Shown in pieces: positions 1 to 8,259 of a stretch of 13,183 nt of DNA (position 1 is its first letter; every line of letters begins with the position of its first letter). Below the pieces are notes generated by a model, which did no database searches, was not told where the DNA came from, and saw nothing but the letters and a program-made list of their open reading frames with translations. Origin of the DNA: Nitrosopumilaceae archaeon (GTDB taxonomy: Archaea > Thermoproteota > Nitrososphaeria > Nitrososphaerales > Nitrosopumilaceae); assembly GCA_052389415.1 (NCBI GenBank), contig JBQTHX010000024.1, forward strand, positions 1 through 13,183, read 5' to 3'. Both the position numbers and the translations under genes were made by a program.

Positions 1-95
1 ACATGAGTTAGAGTGGCAGGAATTTTTCCAGAATCAATTGCCAATGCAATCTCTGTTCCAATTGCACCACATCCCAATAGTCCTATTCTTTTCAT
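1..95 (-). CDS. nadX: Aspartate dehydrogenase-like NAD(P)-binding oxidoreductase, 5' fragment (runs off window start)
   Basis: Not in the ORF track. Manual translation from ATG at 95 (minus) gives MKRIGLLGCGAIGTEIALAIDSGKIPATLTH..., with an N-terminal Rossmann GxGxxG typical of L-aspartate dehydrogenase. Only 31 codons are visible, so the family call is tentative. Confidence 0.7.
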   Translation of the reverse strand, partial: MKRIGLLGCGAIGTEIALAIDSGKIPATLTH

Positions 96-169
96 GGCGA
101 TCAAATTTGCAGTACGCCCTTGTTAAAGATATAACTTTAAACAAGTTTTGAACTATACGGGTTTAGAAA
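96..169. promoter_or_regulatory. Divergent promoter region (nadX-like / proline dehydrogenase)
   Basis: TTTAAA at 136-141 lies about 30 nt before ATG 170. A TTATAT-like element on the minus strand around 129-134 lies upstream of ATG 95. Confidence 0.45.
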
Positions 170-1036
170 ATGAGTTCTGGCCTTATGGAAAAGTTTCTCT
201 TTGGAATAGCAAAGCAGTGGATAGCAGGGGATTCCATGCAACAGGCACTTACCTCGGCTCGTCTTGCAAACAAGAAGGGAATGGATGCCATCATAAACAG
301 ACTAGGGGAGCACATCACAACCAAATCTCAGGTTGAAAAAACAGTAAAAGAATACCTTGGTCTCATCTCAAATTTGTTCAAGTCAAAGGTGGAGGGAGGC
401 GTCTCAATCAAACCTACTCAACTTGGTCTTTCAAGAAACAAGAAAGAGTGTTTGAAAAATTACGAGACTATTATCGAAGGAGCTGCAACATCGCAGTCAT
501 TTGTTTGGATTGACATGGAGTCATCAGAGCACACAGATGACACCATTGGAATTTATCTTGATTTGTTTGACAAATATGAAAGATTAGGAATTGCAATTCA
601 GGCAAACTTGAAACGCTCTAGAGGAGACATGATGCATTTGCTTGAAAAGGGAGCAAAGATTCGTCTAGTAAAAGGAGCATATCGAGAAAATAAAGAGATT
701 GCATATCAATCAAAAAAAGAAGTTGATCAAAACTATCGAACTCTGATGAAGATGCTCTTTGTTAAAGGAAACGAGTTTGGCATTGCAACACATGACTCTG
801 TTCTAATTGAAGCTGCAATCAAACTCTCAAAGGTATATGAAAAAAAATTCGAGTTTCAGATGCTCAAAGGTATTCGTGACGAACTAAAACCAGATCTTTT
901 AAAAAAAGGATTTGCCGTTTCAGAATACATCCCTTATGGAACAAACTGGCTACCCTATTCTATTAGAAGACTAAAGGAGCGAAAACGCAACATCCTGCTT
1001 TTGGGAAGCTCCTTTATTCACTCACACCGAGTCTGA
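170..1036 (+). CDS. putB: Monofunctional proline dehydrogenase (ProDH, FAD TIM barrel)
   Basis: Motifs IAG, LGE, SIKPTQLG, IDME, RLVKGAY, ATHD, EFQML.G and YIPYG..W..Y..RRL.ER. Alternative start at ATG 185. Confidence 0.92.
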   Translation: MSSGLMEKFLFGIAKQWIAGDSMQQALTSARLANKKGMDAIINRLGEHITTKSQVEKTVKEYLGLISNLFKSKVEGGVSIKPTQLGLSRNKKECLKNYETIIEGAATSQSFVWIDMESSEHTDDTIGIYLDLFDKYERLGIAIQANLKRSRGDMMHLLEKGAKIRLVKGAYRENKEIAYQSKKEVDQNYRTLMKMLFVKGNEFGIATHDSVLIEAAIKLSKVYEKKFEFQMLKGIRDELKPDLLKKGFAVSEYIPYGTNWLPYSIRRLKERKRNILLLGSSFIHSHRV

Positions 1037-2607
1037 GTCTGTTCTCGCATAAACTGTAGAAGATAGTACTCTCCTCCAGCTCCCTTGCCAGAAATTCCAG
1101 AGTCTTTCCAGCCAACAAATGGCTGAGCTCCAACCAGTGCTCCTGTGGTAGCACTGGCTTGCCTGTTTGCGTAGGTCACTCCTGCCTCGATCTCATCAAA
1201 GAACGTCTCAATCTCATTCTTGTTCTGGCTAAATATTCCAGCAGTCAGTCCATAGTTTGAACTATTTGCTTGCTTGATTGCCTCATCAAAACTGTCAACT
1301 TCTGAAACACAGACAAAAGGCAAAAACAGTTCCTCTTTTACTAGCTCACTGTTTTGTGGTAAACCAGTTACAATTGTGGGTTGTACATAGTAACCATCTT
1401 TGTACTGGGAGTCTTTGAGAACAGAGCCGCCATGAATTATCTTTCCATCTTTTTTAGCAATTTCTGCAGCTCTCTCAAATTTTTTTATTGCAGAATCATT
1501 AATCACTGGACCAAGATAGACATCTTTTTGCCAAGGGTATCCTATCTTTATTGCTCTTGCCTTTTCAACAAGCTTTTCCAAAAACTTGGTTGCAATTTTT
1601 CTGTCTACATACACTCTAGAGCATGCACTACACTTTTGTCCGCCATATCCAAATGCAGCGCGCATCACGCCATCTGCAGCTTTATCAATGTCAGCTGAAT
1701 CAGTAACTATGGCAGGATTCTTTCCACCCATCTCTGAAATAAAGGGACGAGGATTTTTTTCACTAAAGGCTCGAAATCCTGACATGCCAACCTCTTTTGA
1801 TCCTGTAAATGCAATTCCATCAACTAGTGTGCTCTCTAGAATTGTTTTTCCCACGACACTGCCAGAACCAGTTACAAAGTTTAGTACAGCAGGTGGCAGT
1901 TTGTGATAGATTGATTCTACAAACTTGAAGGCAGAAAGCGGCGTGTCACTAGATGGTTTTAGTACGCAGGTGTTTCCTGTAAGAAGAGCCCCCGTAGTCA
2001 TTCCTATTGCAATTGCAGAAGGGAAATTGAATGGAGAGATGACTCCCCAAACTCCATAGGGTTTGAGCACGCTACGAGTCTTTTCGTTTGGATTGGCACT
2101 CTTTGTCTCCTTGGAATAGCCTTGGTTTATCTCGAGTTGTTCTGAATAAAACCTAAGAAAATCTATTGCCTCATCCACATCTCCCATGGCTTCTAGCCTA
2201 TTTTTTCCATTCTCAAAAGTCATTATTGCAGCCAGGATAAACTTTTGAGAAGCAAGATCGTCAGCAGTTTCTCTGAAGATCTGAACTCTTTTTTGGTATG
2301 AAACTTCACTCCATCTTGAAAATGCATCCTTTGCAGATTCGATTGCACGTAGAGTGTCTTCATTTGAGGCTAGAGGAAAATTTGCAATTACAATATTTCT
2401 ATCAGCTGGAGACCTTACCTGAAACTGGTTCTCAGAGTAGATCTCCTTTCCACCTATTATCATTGGGTATTTTTTTCCAAAATCTTTTCTTACCGATTCT
2501 ATTGCTTGATCGAATTTTTTGTGAAACTCTTCTACAGCATTACTAGATACAGCTCTTGCCCAGGTTTTCTCGTTTTCAAACACATCATTGCTTGTGGCTG
2601 ACTCCAT
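1018..2607 (-). CDS. 1-pyrroline-5-carboxylate (glutamate-gamma-semialdehyde) dehydrogenase, ALDH family
   Basis: ALDH motifs SPFNFP, KPSS.TP, FTGS, EMGGKN (catalytic Glu), GQKCSACS (catalytic Cys, P5CDH-type), EELF.P, YGLTAG, TGA.VG.QPF.G.K.SG. Adjacent to ProDH. Confidence 0.9.
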   Translation of the reverse strand: MESATSNDVFENEKTWARAVSSNAVEEFHKKFDQAIESVRKDFGKKYPMIIGGKEIYSENQFQVRSPADRNIVIANFPLASNEDTLRAIESAKDAFSRWSEVSYQKRVQIFRETADDLASQKFILAAIMTFENGKNRLEAMGDVDEAIDFLRFYSEQLEINQGYSKETKSANPNEKTRSVLKPYGVWGVISPFNFPSAIAIGMTTGALLTGNTCVLKPSSDTPLSAFKFVESIYHKLPPAVLNFVTGSGSVVGKTILESTLVDGIAFTGSKEVGMSGFRAFSEKNPRPFISEMGGKNPAIVTDSADIDKAADGVMRAAFGYGGQKCSACSRVYVDRKIATKFLEKLVEKARAIKIGYPWQKDVYLGPVINDSAIKKFERAAEIAKKDGKIIHGGSVLKDSQYKDGYYVQPTIVTGLPQNSELVKEELFLPFVCVSEVDSFDEAIKQANSSNYGLTAGIFSQNKNEIETFFDEIEAGVTYANRQASATTGALVGAQPFVGWKDSGISGKGAGGEYYLLQFMREQTQTRCE

Positions 2608-2684
2608 AAATTGATTATCTATTAGCTAGTACACAAATCATTTTCAAAAAATAAACATTTTATCTATGTACACAAAGTGTGCTT
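2608..2684. promoter_or_regulatory. Divergent promoter region (P5CDH / nurA operon) with 9-bp direct repeat
   Basis: TTTTATCTA at 2658-2666, preceded by an A-rich BRE-like tract, lies about 20-27 nt before ATG 2685. GTACACAAA occurs at 2629-2637 and 2668-2676. Confidence 0.5.
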
Positions 2685-3524
2685 ATGCGAAACACTGTCT
2701 ATCTTGACGCTTTAAAGAATCGTGAGCAAACCTTGTCTGTATTAAAGGGACAGAGATTTGAGCAGATAATCGAGGAAGCAAAAAGCAACTGGATAGAGTA
2801 CACACCACAAAGACAAGATTCCATAATTGCAGGAATAGACAGCAGCTACAACAGCACAAAATTTCAGGGATTAGAATTATGGGTAGTTGCTGCAGTATCA
2901 ATCAAGTCTGATGGCACCATAATTACAGAGCTTCACAACCAGGGGCTTGGGACACCACATCCAGAACTTGCCACTCAGGCAAGCAAGATGGAAATTGATG
3001 CCTGCGGAGCCTCTGTAGACAAGGTCGACTTGGTGGCTATCGATGGCTCGTTATACTCTCAATTTCTCACCAGACAGGCCACTCTGATTTCTTCTCTCAC
3101 ATCAGCTGTAAAAAAGAAGAATAATGTTGTCTTTATCTCAAAGACATCGATTACCAAAAATGAGTTTGGCAAGTTTGGTTCTCTGGCAGGAGATATTTTC
3201 TATTATAATCATGCGGTACAAAGACCTGGCTTTAGCAAGATCTTTGTTGACAAGGACCTTGGGCCAGGCAAAACAATTTCATCTGTGTATGCAAGACTAC
3301 GAGATTCTACACCACTTGTCAAAATAGAACTGTTAGGTTCTGATCATGATGAATCAGAGATAAGATCACTTTTGGACAGACTAAACAAGAACAGTGTGTC
3401 AGGTTACCCATATGCTCTAAAGCTAGCACACAACAATTGCAAAATTTCTTACAATGATCTTGCAAGACTAGTTAGTCTATATGGCCTTGGAAATGAAAAA
3501 GGATCAAGGGAAGTACTAGAATGA
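2685..3524 (+). CDS. nurA: NurA 5'-3' nuclease (RNase H-like fold)
   Basis: AGIDSS (first catalytic Asp), conserved Glu in KME, IDGSL, ISKTS and C-terminal GYPY.L..AH...KI. Directly upstream of herA with ATGA overlap. ATG 2685 preferred over GTG 2679. Confidence 0.9.
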   Translation: MRNTVYLDALKNREQTLSVLKGQRFEQIIEEAKSNWIEYTPQRQDSIIAGIDSSYNSTKFQGLELWVVAAVSIKSDGTIITELHNQGLGTPHPELATQASKMEIDACGASVDKVDLVAIDGSLYSQFLTRQATLISSLTSAVKKKNNVVFISKTSITKNEFGKFGSLAGDIFYYNHAVQRPGFSKIFVDKDLGPGKTISSVYARLRDSTPLVKIELLGSDHDESEIRSLLDRLNKNSVSGYPYALKLAHNNCKISYNDLARLVSLYGLGNEKGSREVLE

Positions 3525-5041
3525 ACATTGGTGTAGTTATAGGAGAGGCCAAACCAACCGAAGTCACGGCACAATCTGTCCGTCCACTCTCCGTTGGCGA
3601 ATATGTTGTTGTAGATTCACAAAACGGCAAGCTTCTTGGTCTGGTTGAGCGCTCTATTGTTTCAAGTGATGCACTGACTGATGTAAGAAATTTTGATGAA
3701 GCAATGGAGAGCAAGGAGGTAGCAGAGCTAAACATCCGCGACAAAAACTATAAAGTAAAAATTGGAATCTTGGGGTTTCTAGAAAAATTACAAAAAGGGC
3801 AGGCCATAGTTCCAGCAGTACCACCACTTCCTGGAACCTCGATATTAGAAGCTACACAGCAAGACCTTGGAGTGATATTTGCGCCAAAACAAAAAGAGTG
3901 GATTAGAATCGGCTCTCTTTTGAGGAACTCGGAAATTGAGGCAAAGATAAACCTAAACCGAATCGTCTCAAGGCACATTGGTATTCTTGCCATGACTGGG
4001 ATGGGCAAGAGCAATCTTGTCTCTTTGATAGCAAAACAAGTTTCAGCTCTAGAAGGAACCTTGATAATTTTTGATTACCACAACGATTACGCAAATCTTA
4101 GTGTTCCAAAGATTAGTGTCACTGATGCCAAGATAAATCCAAGACTCTTGCAGGCAGACAAGCTTGCCGAAGTAATCGAGCTTAGAGAGAACGCAGACAA
4201 GCAGCAAAGAGTCTTGCGAGAGTCTTTTACGGCATCTGTTAGACAGGCCAAAGACTTTTGGACTGCGCTTGAAGAAAGCGTCTCTGAGTTTGGCCACACA
4301 ACAAAGGGTTATGCAGATAGTGCAAGCAGAGTACTTGACAAAATAGATGACGCAAAGCACAGATTTTCTGACATCTTGGATCCTGATTGTGGGGATCCAG
4401 TTGATCTGATAAAAGAGGGCAGAGTAAATGTCCTAAGTGTTGCCGAGCTTAGCGAAAGACAGGCAAACGTAGGGCTGTCTTACTATTTACAAGAGTTACT
4501 CAATGACAGAAAAGATTCGTACTGGGCAAAAAAGGGAAGAAAACTTTCAGGAAAGACAGCAAAATTTTCATCACCACTTTTTGTAATAATTGAAGAAGCT
4601 CATGTCTTTATTCCAAAAGGAGAACACACTGACACAAAATACTGGGCATCCAAAGTAGCAAGAGAGGGAAGAAAGTTTGGAATTGGTCTTGGCATAGTTT
4701 CACAAAGACCAAGAAACATCGACCCAAACGTCCTAAGCCAGATGGGCTCTCTTGCTATCATGAAGATAGTTCAAGATGATGATCAGCAACAAATTGCCTC
4801 TGCAGCAGAATCTCTAAGCAAAGACCTTCTCACGCAACTCTCATCACTAAACATTGGAGATGCAGTGCTTGTTGGGCAGTGGGTAAACCTTCCGTCTATA
4901 GTTCATGTAGATGAAGTAAAGGGAAAGGCAATAGGCTCTGATCTGGATGCAGTAACAGAGTGGTCCGAATCTTCAAAGTACAAAGAGATTGCAGCAGAAT
5001 CCACACAGGGTCTTATACAAAAAGACTTGCTAATGGATTGA
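3521..5041 (+). CDS. herA: HerA DNA helicase/translocase (HAS barrel + FtsK/HerA ATPase)
   Basis: N-terminal HAS barrel (IGVVIGEA..T, VGEYV), RH..ILAMTGMGKSN Walker A, IIFDYHNDY, IIEEAH Walker B, REGRKFG, SQRP...D..VLSQ. Confidence 0.95.
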   Translation: MNIGVVIGEAKPTEVTAQSVRPLSVGEYVVVDSQNGKLLGLVERSIVSSDALTDVRNFDEAMESKEVAELNIRDKNYKVKIGILGFLEKLQKGQAIVPAVPPLPGTSILEATQQDLGVIFAPKQKEWIRIGSLLRNSEIEAKINLNRIVSRHIGILAMTGMGKSNLVSLIAKQVSALEGTLIIFDYHNDYANLSVPKISVTDAKINPRLLQADKLAEVIELRENADKQQRVLRESFTASVRQAKDFWTALEESVSEFGHTTKGYADSASRVLDKIDDAKHRFSDILDPDCGDPVDLIKEGRVNVLSVAELSERQANVGLSYYLQELLNDRKDSYWAKKGRKLSGKTAKFSSPLFVIIEEAHVFIPKGEHTDTKYWASKVAREGRKFGIGLGIVSQRPRNIDPNVLSQMGSLAIMKIVQDDDQQQIASAAESLSKDLLTQLSSLNIGDAVLVGQWVNLPSIVHVDEVKGKAIGSDLDAVTEWSESSKYKEIAAESTQGLIQKDLLMD

Positions 5042-5042
5042 C

Positions 5043-6191
5043 ATGATCTTTTCCCACATTTCTGATACACATTTGGGATTTGTACAATATTATTCAGAAG
5101 AAAGAGAACAGGACGTCTACACTGCATTTGATCAGGCAATTGATACTTCGATAAAAGATCATGTCGAGTTTGTAATATTTGCTGGGGATATCTTTCACGT
5201 TCCAAATCCAAGCGGCAAGGCAATCTTGATCTTGGCAAATGCACTAAAGCGACTAAAACAAAACGACATAGATTCTTTTTTCATACTAGGTGAACACGAC
5301 ATCAGCAGGATACGTGCAACGCCAGTTCCTTTTGTGTATCACAATCTAGAGTTTTCAAAATATATTGGAAACGGAAAACCATTTCATTACAAGGATGTCA
5401 TGCTTGTTGGGTTTGACAAGAAAAGAAAGAGCGAAGCTCACACATTTGAAATTGAATTTGCACATATAGATTCTGAAGCAAAAAAACATTCTGGACACAA
5501 AATTCTTGTCTTGCACCAGGGAATCGCCGAGATAAACAAGTTTGCCGGAGAGCTAAACTCAACTGACCTTCCAAAGAACTTTACATATTATGCCATGGGA
5601 CACCTACATGACCGAGAACTCAAAAACTTTAACCATCTTGGAGGCCCGCTTGCGTATCCTGGTTCAATTGAGCTTACCTCAAGTGAGGGAATAAAAGAGA
5701 CCCAGAAAGGATTCTACCAAGTTGATATTTCATCGCCTGAGGCAAGACCCACATGGATAAAGCTAGACACTCGTCCACAATTATCTATTAGAACAGAATT
5801 TGAAAACCTGAAAAACGAGGTAGAGTTGCTTTCAGGAAAACTACAAACATTTTCAAGAAAACCTATAGTGGAAATAAAAATTCATGGAGAAAAAATTGAG
5901 ACCGATCTCGTGCAATCGCAAATTTCAAGACTGTACCCACTTGCATTAAGGTGCTTTTGGAAGTCTATACAAAGTGAAGAAAACAACGGTTCCACATTTG
6001 TCGATAGGCCAGCAAAGATAGACGATGAAATGTTCAAACTAGCAAAAGATATCCTAAATTCAGAATCATGGGCAAGCTTTGCGATCAGGGATCTCTTACC
6101 TTTACTTTCTGCAAACCAGATTGATGAAGCAAATCATCTTGTTATGGAACATTATGATCGGTTTAAAAAGGAGAAAAAAATTGCTAACTGA
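5043..6191 (+). CDS. mre11: Mre11/SbcD metallophosphoesterase nuclease
   Basis: HISDTHLG, FAGDIFH, GEHD (variant of GNHD), LHQ, YYAMGHLH, YPGS.E motifs. Lies between herA and rad50. Confidence 0.93.
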   Translation: MIFSHISDTHLGFVQYYSEEREQDVYTAFDQAIDTSIKDHVEFVIFAGDIFHVPNPSGKAILILANALKRLKQNDIDSFFILGEHDISRIRATPVPFVYHNLEFSKYIGNGKPFHYKDVMLVGFDKKRKSEAHTFEIEFAHIDSEAKKHSGHKILVLHQGIAEINKFAGELNSTDLPKNFTYYAMGHLHDRELKNFNHLGGPLAYPGSIELTSSEGIKETQKGFYQVDISSPEARPTWIKLDTRPQLSIRTEFENLKNEVELLSGKLQTFSRKPIVEIKIHGEKIETDLVQSQISRLYPLALRCFWKSIQSEENNGSTFVDRPAKIDDEMFKLAKDILNSESWASFAIRDLLPLLSANQIDEANHLVMEHYDRFKKEKKIAN

Positions 6192-8259
6192 AATAGAGCT
6201 AGGAAATTTCCTATCGCATCATGACACAAAACTTGGCTTTGACAAGGGAGTTACAGTATTTGTTGGGCAAAACGGGGCAGGAAAGTCAAGTGTCATTGAT
6301 GGAATCACATTTGCACTTTTTGGGCAGCACACAAGAAACTCTAACAAGGGCCTGATTCGACGTGGCGCAAATCAAGGGTATGCCAAAGTAGACTTTACCA
6401 TCTCCGGAAGAGCCTTTGTGGCTGTGCGAAAGATTGATTCCAAGGGGACCCTGGGAGCACAATTTTTTGAAAAAAGAAACGGTGAGTTGATTCCTCTAGC
6501 ATCAGGTGAGAGAAAACAGTTTGGTGAATCCATGACAAGAGAGATTGAATCTCTAATTGGAATGGATTTTGACAAGCTCAAGATTGCATCAATAGTTCAA
6601 CAAGGAGAACTAAATTCCATTATTGATGCAGATCCTAAAAAATTCAAAGAACTTGTTAATGCAATTATTGGAATAGACAAGCTTGATACTGCGTTTAGTT
6701 CAATGAAAGATGTAATTGAAAACTTTCGTGAATCTGTTAGAAAAAAACTAGAGTACGATGACACTGATACCGAAAAATTAAGGTCAAGACTTGAGCTTGT
6801 TGCAAAAGAGATCCGTGATGTTCAACCACGAAAAGAAGAATTGATGGCACAAAAACAAAAACAAGAACGCGAGCTAAGAATGCTTCAACAAAAGATTGAT
6901 GCAGAGTCGCCAAAAGAATCCAAACTAAAGGATCTTGATATCAGAAAGTCTGAACTGGTAAAATATGTCAAGACTGCAATTTCGTCGCTTCAAAAAGAGA
7001 TACTAGAAAAACAAAGGAAACTTTCAGACTGTGAGGGATGTTTTGATGAAGTCTCCATCAAAAATGATATTGAAAAACAAATAAGATCTCTTGATGATGA
7101 ACTAGAATCAAAGCGTGAAGAGATCCGAGGTCTGTCAGAAAAGGTTGGTAAGCTTGGCGGACAAGAAGAGATTGCAACGAAATTAAAGCTAAAGGATGGC
7201 AAGTGTCCGGTATGCGATTCCAAAGTAGACACGTTTAGTCCTTTATTCCAAGAAGACCATATTAGAGAAGAGATTACAAAGATGAGACAGACAATTGGCT
7301 CTCTTACCAACGACGAAAAAAAGGCAGTATTGGACAAGCGTGAACTAGAGACCAAGTACAAAAAGGCTATACAGGCAGAAAACACGCTCAGAGCACATGC
7401 CATTTCAAACCCAAAAGACCTTCTCCAACTAAAAGAAGAAATTTCAAGACTACAAACTAGTGTAGAAAAAATCCCTGTAAATATTGACTCTTCGATGAAT
7501 CTACTGCACCTTGCGATTGACACGCACTCTAAAACTCTTTTAGATACAATATCTACTTTGCAAGAAGAAACAAAGGGATTTGATCTCAATGAATTCAAAA
7601 ACTTGAAGATTTCATTTGAGCAATCAAGAAGATTATCAAGTGAGATTGATCAGCAGCTTGGCGCTATTACACAAAAAATCCTCGATGCAGTACTGGAGCA
7701 AGAAAAATTATCAAAGATTCTAGACGAGCTTGTTGTGGTAAAACAATATGTCTTGGAATTGGAAGAGATTCGCAGTCAGATCTTCAATAGAGATGGTCCT
7801 GTTGCAACTAGTCTGCGTTCTTGGGCATTGAACCTAATATCTCAAAAGGCATCTGAATATCTTGCAGCATTCAATGTAAAGATTCAGCGAGTCTTACTAG
7901 AAGAAAAAGCAAGAGATGTTGGAGTCTCTTGCTTTTCTGGAAACTCTGTTTTGGATCTAGATTCACTTAGTGGTGGAGAAAAAGTCAGCATCGCTCTGGC
8001 CTTGCGACTGGGGATGGCTCACATTCTTGGTGCATCAAATCTTAATTTTATCATCTTGGATGAGCCAACAACTCATCTTGATGAAGAGCGCAGAAAATCG
8101 CTTGTCAACGTCTTGTCACAAGCATTTGAGGCAAACCTTGGCTCGATATCGCAGTTTATTATTATCACTCATGATTCAGAGATTTTTGAAAACTCTAATG
8201 TGGACATGATATACAACTTTGAATCTACAGAAGAAGGTACCAAGGTAACCCCACTCTAG
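6181..8259 (+). CDS. rad50: Rad50/SbcC SMC-like ATPase
   Basis: Probable TTG start at 6181 (MLTEIELGNFLSH), in frame with ORF 6079. Walker A GQNGAGKSS, Q-loop VQQGE, coiled coils, central zinc hook CPVC (7204-7215), LSGGE signature, ILDEPTTHLD Walker B/D-loop, ITHD H-loop. About 692 aa. Confidence 0.94.
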   Translation: MLTEIELGNFLSHHDTKLGFDKGVTVFVGQNGAGKSSVIDGITFALFGQHTRNSNKGLIRRGANQGYAKVDFTISGRAFVAVRKIDSKGTLGAQFFEKRNGELIPLASGERKQFGESMTREIESLIGMDFDKLKIASIVQQGELNSIIDADPKKFKELVNAIIGIDKLDTAFSSMKDVIENFRESVRKKLEYDDTDTEKLRSRLELVAKEIRDVQPRKEELMAQKQKQERELRMLQQKIDAESPKESKLKDLDIRKSELVKYVKTAISSLQKEILEKQRKLSDCEGCFDEVSIKNDIEKQIRSLDDELESKREEIRGLSEKVGKLGGQEEIATKLKLKDGKCPVCDSKVDTFSPLFQEDHIREEITKMRQTIGSLTNDEKKAVLDKRELETKYKKAIQAENTLRAHAISNPKDLLQLKEEISRLQTSVEKIPVNIDSSMNLLHLAIDTHSKTLLDTISTLQEETKGFDLNEFKNLKISFEQSRRLSSEIDQQLGAITQKILDAVLEQEKLSKILDELVVVKQYVLELEEIRSQIFNRDGPVATSLRSWALNLISQKASEYLAAFNVKIQRVLLEEKARDVGVSCFSGNSVLDLDSLSGGEKVSIALALRLGMAHILGASNLNFIILDEPTTHLDEERRKSLVNVLSQAFEANLGSISQFIIITHDSEIFENSNVDMIYNFESTEEGTKVTPL

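Noticed and set aside
4519-4575. Basic insertion (WAKKGRKLSGKTAK) before the HerA Walker B
   Set aside because: Falls in a variable loop; significance cannot be judged without an alignment.
2685-5041. NurA-HerA as an anti-phage defence system
   Set aside because: Coupled to mre11-rad50 in a housekeeping neighbourhood, which is the canonical archaeal resection cluster.
6079-6180. N-terminal extension of the Rad50 ORF as given in the track
   Set aside because: Overlaps mre11 by 113 nt; the Rad50-like N-terminus begins at TTG 6181.
6990-7598. 202-aa antisense ORF inside rad50
   Set aside because: Ser/Phe/Leu-rich shadow of the Lys/Glu-rich coiled-coil codons; no independent evidence.
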